32,000 nucleotides of DNA from Candidatus Saccharimonadota bacterium. GTDB taxonomy: Bacteria; Patescibacteriota; Gracilibacteria; BD1-5; UBA6164. Made by a program: the position numbers and the translations under genes. Location of the stretch: positions 570,001-602,000 of the forward strand of contig CP042461.1 of the NCBI GenBank assembly GCA_004563595.2. Reading direction: 5' to 3'. Below, piece by piece: positions 28,834-32,000 of the stretch. Each line of letters opens with the position of its first letter. The stretch's first letter is position 1. Under the pieces are notes generated by a model, which was given only the letters and a program-made list of their open reading frames with translations, was not told where the DNA came from and did not search any database.

Positions 28834-30555
28834 TTATCTTCGTCTTTTTTTTCATTTTCCAAATCTTGTCTGGAGTCTTTTTACTTCTTTTTCTCAGAGC
28901 TTTTCTTCAAGTACTAGATTCATTTGTGCTTCTTCATCAAATATATTTACATCCATATCTATGTTATGATCTTGTTTGTACTTATAGTCTTCATAATTTC
29001 AGTAGCTGATAGAAAGTTCTCAGTCACTTATAAACCATATATTTGTAGAGAGTTTATTTACGAAATATCTATCATGTGAGATAAATAGAAGGGTTCATTT
29101 AAAATCCCTAAGGGATTCTTCGAGAGATTCTCTCGTATCATAATCAAGGTGATTTGTGGGTTCATCGAGTATCAATAAACTACAATCTTTTTGTCATAAA
29201 ATAGCAAAGAGTAATTTTGATGTTTGTCCTCACGAGAGATCACTTACTTTTTTATCTATATCTGCTCTATCAAATAAATAATGAGTAAGTATAGCTATGA
29301 GATGTTGTTCAGGGTAATGGAGTCAGTGTATTTCAAAATTTTCTTTTATTGTTTTATTCTTATCAAGTTCTTCATGCATTTGTGAGTAGTAACTAATTTT
29401 TACTCATTTTCATTTACTATAAAATCAATCGAGAATAGGAAGTTCTCAAACAATAGATTTTAAAAATGTAGATTTTCAAGCTCAGTTTTCTCATACAATT
29501 CATATCCTTTGTCAGGCATAAAGTATTGATTCTTGAATATAGAATAGAGGCTCTTTTCTCCCAATAAAACATTCTTTAAATGAAAGTATTTTTTCGGGGT
29601 GTTCTCATGTAAAATCAAAGAAAAATTTTGGCTTTTTAGGAATATATGGTTGTTCCATTTTTTCCATTTTTTCGAGAGCCTTTCCTCGAGATTTTGCCCA
29701 TCAGGCTCTTGATCATGCCCTAAACCTATTAATAAGCTTTTCCTCTTTATCTATGAATTCCTGTTCTCTTTTATAATTATCCACTTTTTTCTTCTCAGTT
29801 GCACTTCTTTGTTGCACATAATCTGAGTAATTACAATGATAAAAAGTGAGAGGTCTATTTGGTTGGACTTCATATGTTTTACTACATGTTTTATCTAAAA
29901 ATTCTCTGTCATGAGAAATGATTACATATCATCATTTCCATTTGTTTTGAAGAAATGATTCGAGCCACTCAACACTTTTCATATCTATGAAGTTGGTTGG
30001 TTCATCTAAGAAAAGTATGTCTGGAGATTCTAATAGTACTTTTGCAAGTGCTACTTTGGTTCTTTGTCATCAACTGATTTCGAGCAATTTTTTATCAAGG
30101 AGCTTGAGTATTCACATACCGTTTGCAACACCATGAATTTTATTATTATAATCATTTCATCCAATATTATTAAACTGTTCAAGTAGGGAAGTATAACTAT
30201 CTATAAGCTCCATATTTGTAGGATCTTTTGTCATTTGAGATTCAATCGCAATAATTTTATCTTCAAGATCTTGAATGCTATCAAACCCACTGGCTAATTC
30301 CTCTCTGACAGTTTTTTCTTCATTATCTGAATAGACTTGATGGAGGTACCCGATACTTATATTTCAAATATTGTCTATATGCCCATCATAGCTTTTCATT
30401 TCTCATGTAAGAACCTTTAAAAGAGTTGTTTTTCATGCTCCATTTGGCCCTACCAGACAAATTCTATCGTTTGAATTAATAGTTATATCGATATTCTTTA
30501 GTATTTCTACTCAGCTTATTTCTAGTTTATCAATTTTTACTTTGAGATGTTTCAC
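28834..30555 (-). CDS. ABC-F family ATPase (two ABC domains plus linker), 573 aa
   Basis: Walker A GPNGAGKTT and GENGAGKST. Signatures ISGGQR and LSGGQT (the Gly are TGA). Walker B ILFLDEPTN and LLILDEPTN. Basic C-terminal tail. The start is assigned to GTG (cac at 30553-30555) from the usual distance to Walker A. The frame stays open further upstream, so the start is uncertain. Confidence 0.88.
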
Positions 30556-30712
30556 GATTTTAAATTTATAAATACTTTTACTAAGAGATATCTTACTGAC
30601 AACTCTAAAAAAATGAAAATAAAACTTGTAAAATAGATAAAAATCTTTAAAATTATCCGGCACAATCTTAAGTATCTTGTCATATATTTCCTATTAATTT
30701 CGGAGTGATGTT

Positions 30713-30841
30713 ATGAAAGACACAGTTGAGCTTACAAAAAATACAAATCAAAATGGATCTTCAACAGCTAGAATACTTTTGAAAAAAAATATTTCGAAAG
30801 TTAAAGCTGCTAGAAGGCGAATAGGAATACGTAGACGATAA
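30713..30841 (+). CDS. small very basic protein, 42 aa (MKDTVELTKNTNQNGSSTARILLKKNISKVKAARRRIGIRRR)
   Basis: SD GGAG lies 8 nt before the ATG. TAA at 30839-30841, followed by a GC-rich terminator. No TGA. An overlapping alternative ORF starts at ATG 30708 in another frame, with two TGA. Confidence 0.35.
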   Translation: MKDTVELTKNTNQNGSSTARILLKKNISKVKAARRRIGIRRR

Positions 30842-30856
30842 AAATCCTTGTCTATG

Positions 30857-30892
30857 AAAAAAAGGCGCGTTTTATAATACGCGCCTTTTTCT
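30857..30892. terminator. bidirectional rho-independent terminator (unusually GC-rich stem)
   Basis: aaaggcgcgt (30861-30870) / acgcgccttt (30879-30888). Confidence 0.8.
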
Positions 30893-30903
30893 TGCCTAAA
30901 TTT

Positions 30904-31233
30904 TTAACTGATAGAGTAAATATTACTCATAAATGCGATTATGTATAATCAGAGAATCATATAGAGATGCGTAGTAACAAAGTGAATAATTCATACTATT
31001 ATATTGATGAAAATTTGAAATAGGAGAGCTAGATTACTCAGTGATAATACAGCGCTACTATATTCTATATTAAGTCCCATTAGATTATAAGTAAACAATA
31101 AAAATATAGCACTGTATGCAATATAGCTTATAACAGAGAATATTTTTTTCTTTGAGTTTTTTCTTTGCAGAATACTTTGCAGAATATTATAGTTTACTTC
31201 AGGAGTAGTATAACTCTTAATTATTGTTTTCAT
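30904..31233 (-). CDS. membrane protein translationally coupled to the ECF sigma factor (putative anti-sigma partner), 109 aa
   Basis: The ATG (cat at 31231-31233) lies 17 nt inside the sigma gene's 3' end. The track ORF 30991-31233 stops at TGA. The code-25 reading continues GIIHFVTTHLYMILGLYIIAFMSNIYSIS to TAA at 30904-30906. Three hydrophobic segments. Confidence 0.7.
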
Positions 31234-31756
31234 ATTGTTCTAAGTTAGGTTTTAGTTTTTTCTTTGCTCTGGAGAGTCTTGTTTTTATGGAATTTTCATT
31301 TATATTCATTATTTTTGATATTTCCTTGATTTTCAGCTCATCGTAGTAGTAGTATAGAAGAATATTTCTATCAATTAGAGGTAGTTTATTTATTTCATTT
31401 GTTATGTCTTGAGTTTTCTTTTTAGTATCAAGTCAATGATAATACTCAGTATCATCTGGAATAAAATTTTCAACTTCAGATATCTCTATATATCATCTCT
31501 TCTTTTTTATATATGTTATGCTCTCATTATAAGATATGCGATATGCCCAGGTCTTAAATTCACTTTTAAATTGAAATTTTGGGAGATTTTTAATGATTTT
31601 GAGGCATACGTTTTGAGTAATATCATGAGCATCACTCTCATCTAAACAGACTCGAAAACATGCTCAAAATATATTTTGAAGATTATTTCTCAGTAATTCT
31701 TCAAGAGCACCCTCGTCTCCTTCTAAATACTTTTTAATTAATTTTTGATCCGACAT
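31217..31756 (-). CDS. ECF (sigma-70 group 4) RNA polymerase sigma factor, 179 aa
   Basis: Region 2: DAHDITQNVCLKIIKNLPKFQFKSEFKTWAYRISYNESITYIKK. Region 4: LPLIDRNILLYYYYDELKIKEISKIMNINENSIKTRLSRAKKKL. Three TGA. Confidence 0.88.
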
Positions 31757-31784
31757 AATTATTATTTTTTTATTACTTTATATA

Positions 31785-31813
31785 TTAGATACAAAAAGTG
31801 AAAAATAGTTTCA
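31785..31813 (-). promoter_or_regulatory. ECF-type promoter candidate for the sigma operon (TGAAAC-N18-TCTAA)
   Basis: On the minus strand: TGAAAC (31813-31808), 18 nt, TCTAA (31789-31785), about 30 nt upstream of the sigma ATG. Confidence 0.45.
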
Positions 31814-31835
31814 TTTTTTTGAAAAAAACTTTTTT

Positions 31836-31864
31836 TGAAACCTTTATGAAGTAAAGTGGTCTAA
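31836..31864 (+). promoter_or_regulatory. ECF-type promoter candidate for the divergent secreted-protein gene (TGAAAC-N18-TCTAA)
   Basis: On the plus strand: TGAAAC (31836-31841), 18 nt, TCTAA (31860-31864), about 30 nt upstream of the ATG at 31894. Confidence 0.45.
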
Positions 31865-31893
31865 TCAGTACAATAAATCTTAACCATATAATT

Positions 31894-32000
31894 ATGAAAA
31901 CAAACTTTAATATAAAATACTTTTTAATTTTTACCGTATTAATTTCTTCACTTTTTACGTATTGAAATGTATCAGCATTTGAAATAATGAAATGAGAGGA
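31894..32000 (+). CDS. 5' end of a secreted or membrane protein (partial at window edge)
   Basis: ATG at 31894. MKTNFNIKYFLIFTVLISSLFTYGNVSAFEIMKGE... looks like a signal peptide. Two in-frame TGA. Runs off the window. Confidence 0.55.

Noticed and set aside
28292-29009. Plus-strand track ORFs 28292-28486 and 28803-29009.
   Set aside because: They are antisense to ppa and to the ABC-F gene respectively, both of which carry unambiguous family signatures.
31409-31645. Plus-strand track ORF 31409-31645.
   Set aside because: It is antisense to the ECF sigma factor gene.
1-32000. The many in-frame TGA codons could mean a heavily pseudogenised, decaying genome region.
   Set aside because: Only TGA interrupts the frames, never TAA or TAG. 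No frameshifts were needed. Catalytic and ligand motifs are intact on both sides of every TGA, and TGA coincides with invariant Gly positions. This pattern indicates codon reassignment, not decay.
1-32000. TGA could encode Trp (table 4, Mycoplasma/Spiroplasma-like), given the low GC content.
   Set aside because: TGA aligns to glycines in GxGxxG, DxGxG, LSGGQ, LPGMDG and GLGNLW motifs. Conserved tryptophans (NLWKFPY, WYHPH, TWAYRI) are TGG.
1-32000. TGA could encode selenocysteine.
   Set aside because: It is far too frequent (several percent of codons in ordinary genes). It falls at Gly positions rather than redox Cys positions, and no SECIS-like hairpins follow the TGAs.
1-32000. CRISPR arrays, IS elements, integrases, prophage structural genes, or known defence systems (restriction-modification, CBASS, toxin-antitoxin pairs with recognisable domains).
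   Set aside because: There are no regularly spaced direct repeats, no transposase, integrase or recombinase motifs, and no recognisable defence domains in any table-25 ORF. The only accessory-looking material is the set of family-less SD-led small genes described in the findings.

Overview
AT-rich (about 30% GC by eye) bacterial chromosome segment that is not written in the standard genetic code. Nearly all real genes carry frequent in-frame TGA codons, never TAA or TAG, and these TGAs fall on invariant glycine positions of well-known domains. This indicates translation table 25 (UGA=Gly), known from Absconditabacteria/SR1 and Gracilibacteria/BD1-5 (Patescibacteria/CPR). The supplied standard-code ORF track is therefore heavily fragmented, and several of its ORFs are antisense artefacts.

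Re-read by hand with TAA/TAG as the only stops, the window holds about 36 CDS:
- a secreted hypothetical protein and a tandem AbrB-like regulator
- a lipoprotein membrane-fusion protein with a very long helical insert, plus an RND pump
- a Nudix hydrolase
- a metal/envelope-stress-like locus: secreted Lys/Glu-rich protein, OmpR-type regulator, histidine kinase, Met/His-rich multicopper oxidase fused to a CuA-like cupredoxin domain, and a His-rich membrane-anchored protein
- an NSS-family transporter
- a DsbA-like protein plus a small CPAC membrane protein
- a second two-component pair, divergent from a large polytopic membrane protein
- a class III nucleotidyl cyclase fusion, an FAD disulfide reductase, an RRM RNA-binding protein, inorganic pyrophosphatase and an ABC-F ATPase
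- an ECF sigma factor with an overlapping membrane partner

No rRNA, tRNA, CRISPR array, transposase or integrase was seen. Almost every transcription unit ends in a clean rho-independent hairpin, often bidirectional.

Beyond the code itself, the most notable signal is a second class of small, separately transcribed genes. They have strong Shine-Dalgarno sites and zero TGA codons, whereas native genes here lack SD sites and use TGA for most Gly. One of them ends in TGA directly in front of its terminator. All translations and counts were done by hand and need recomputing.
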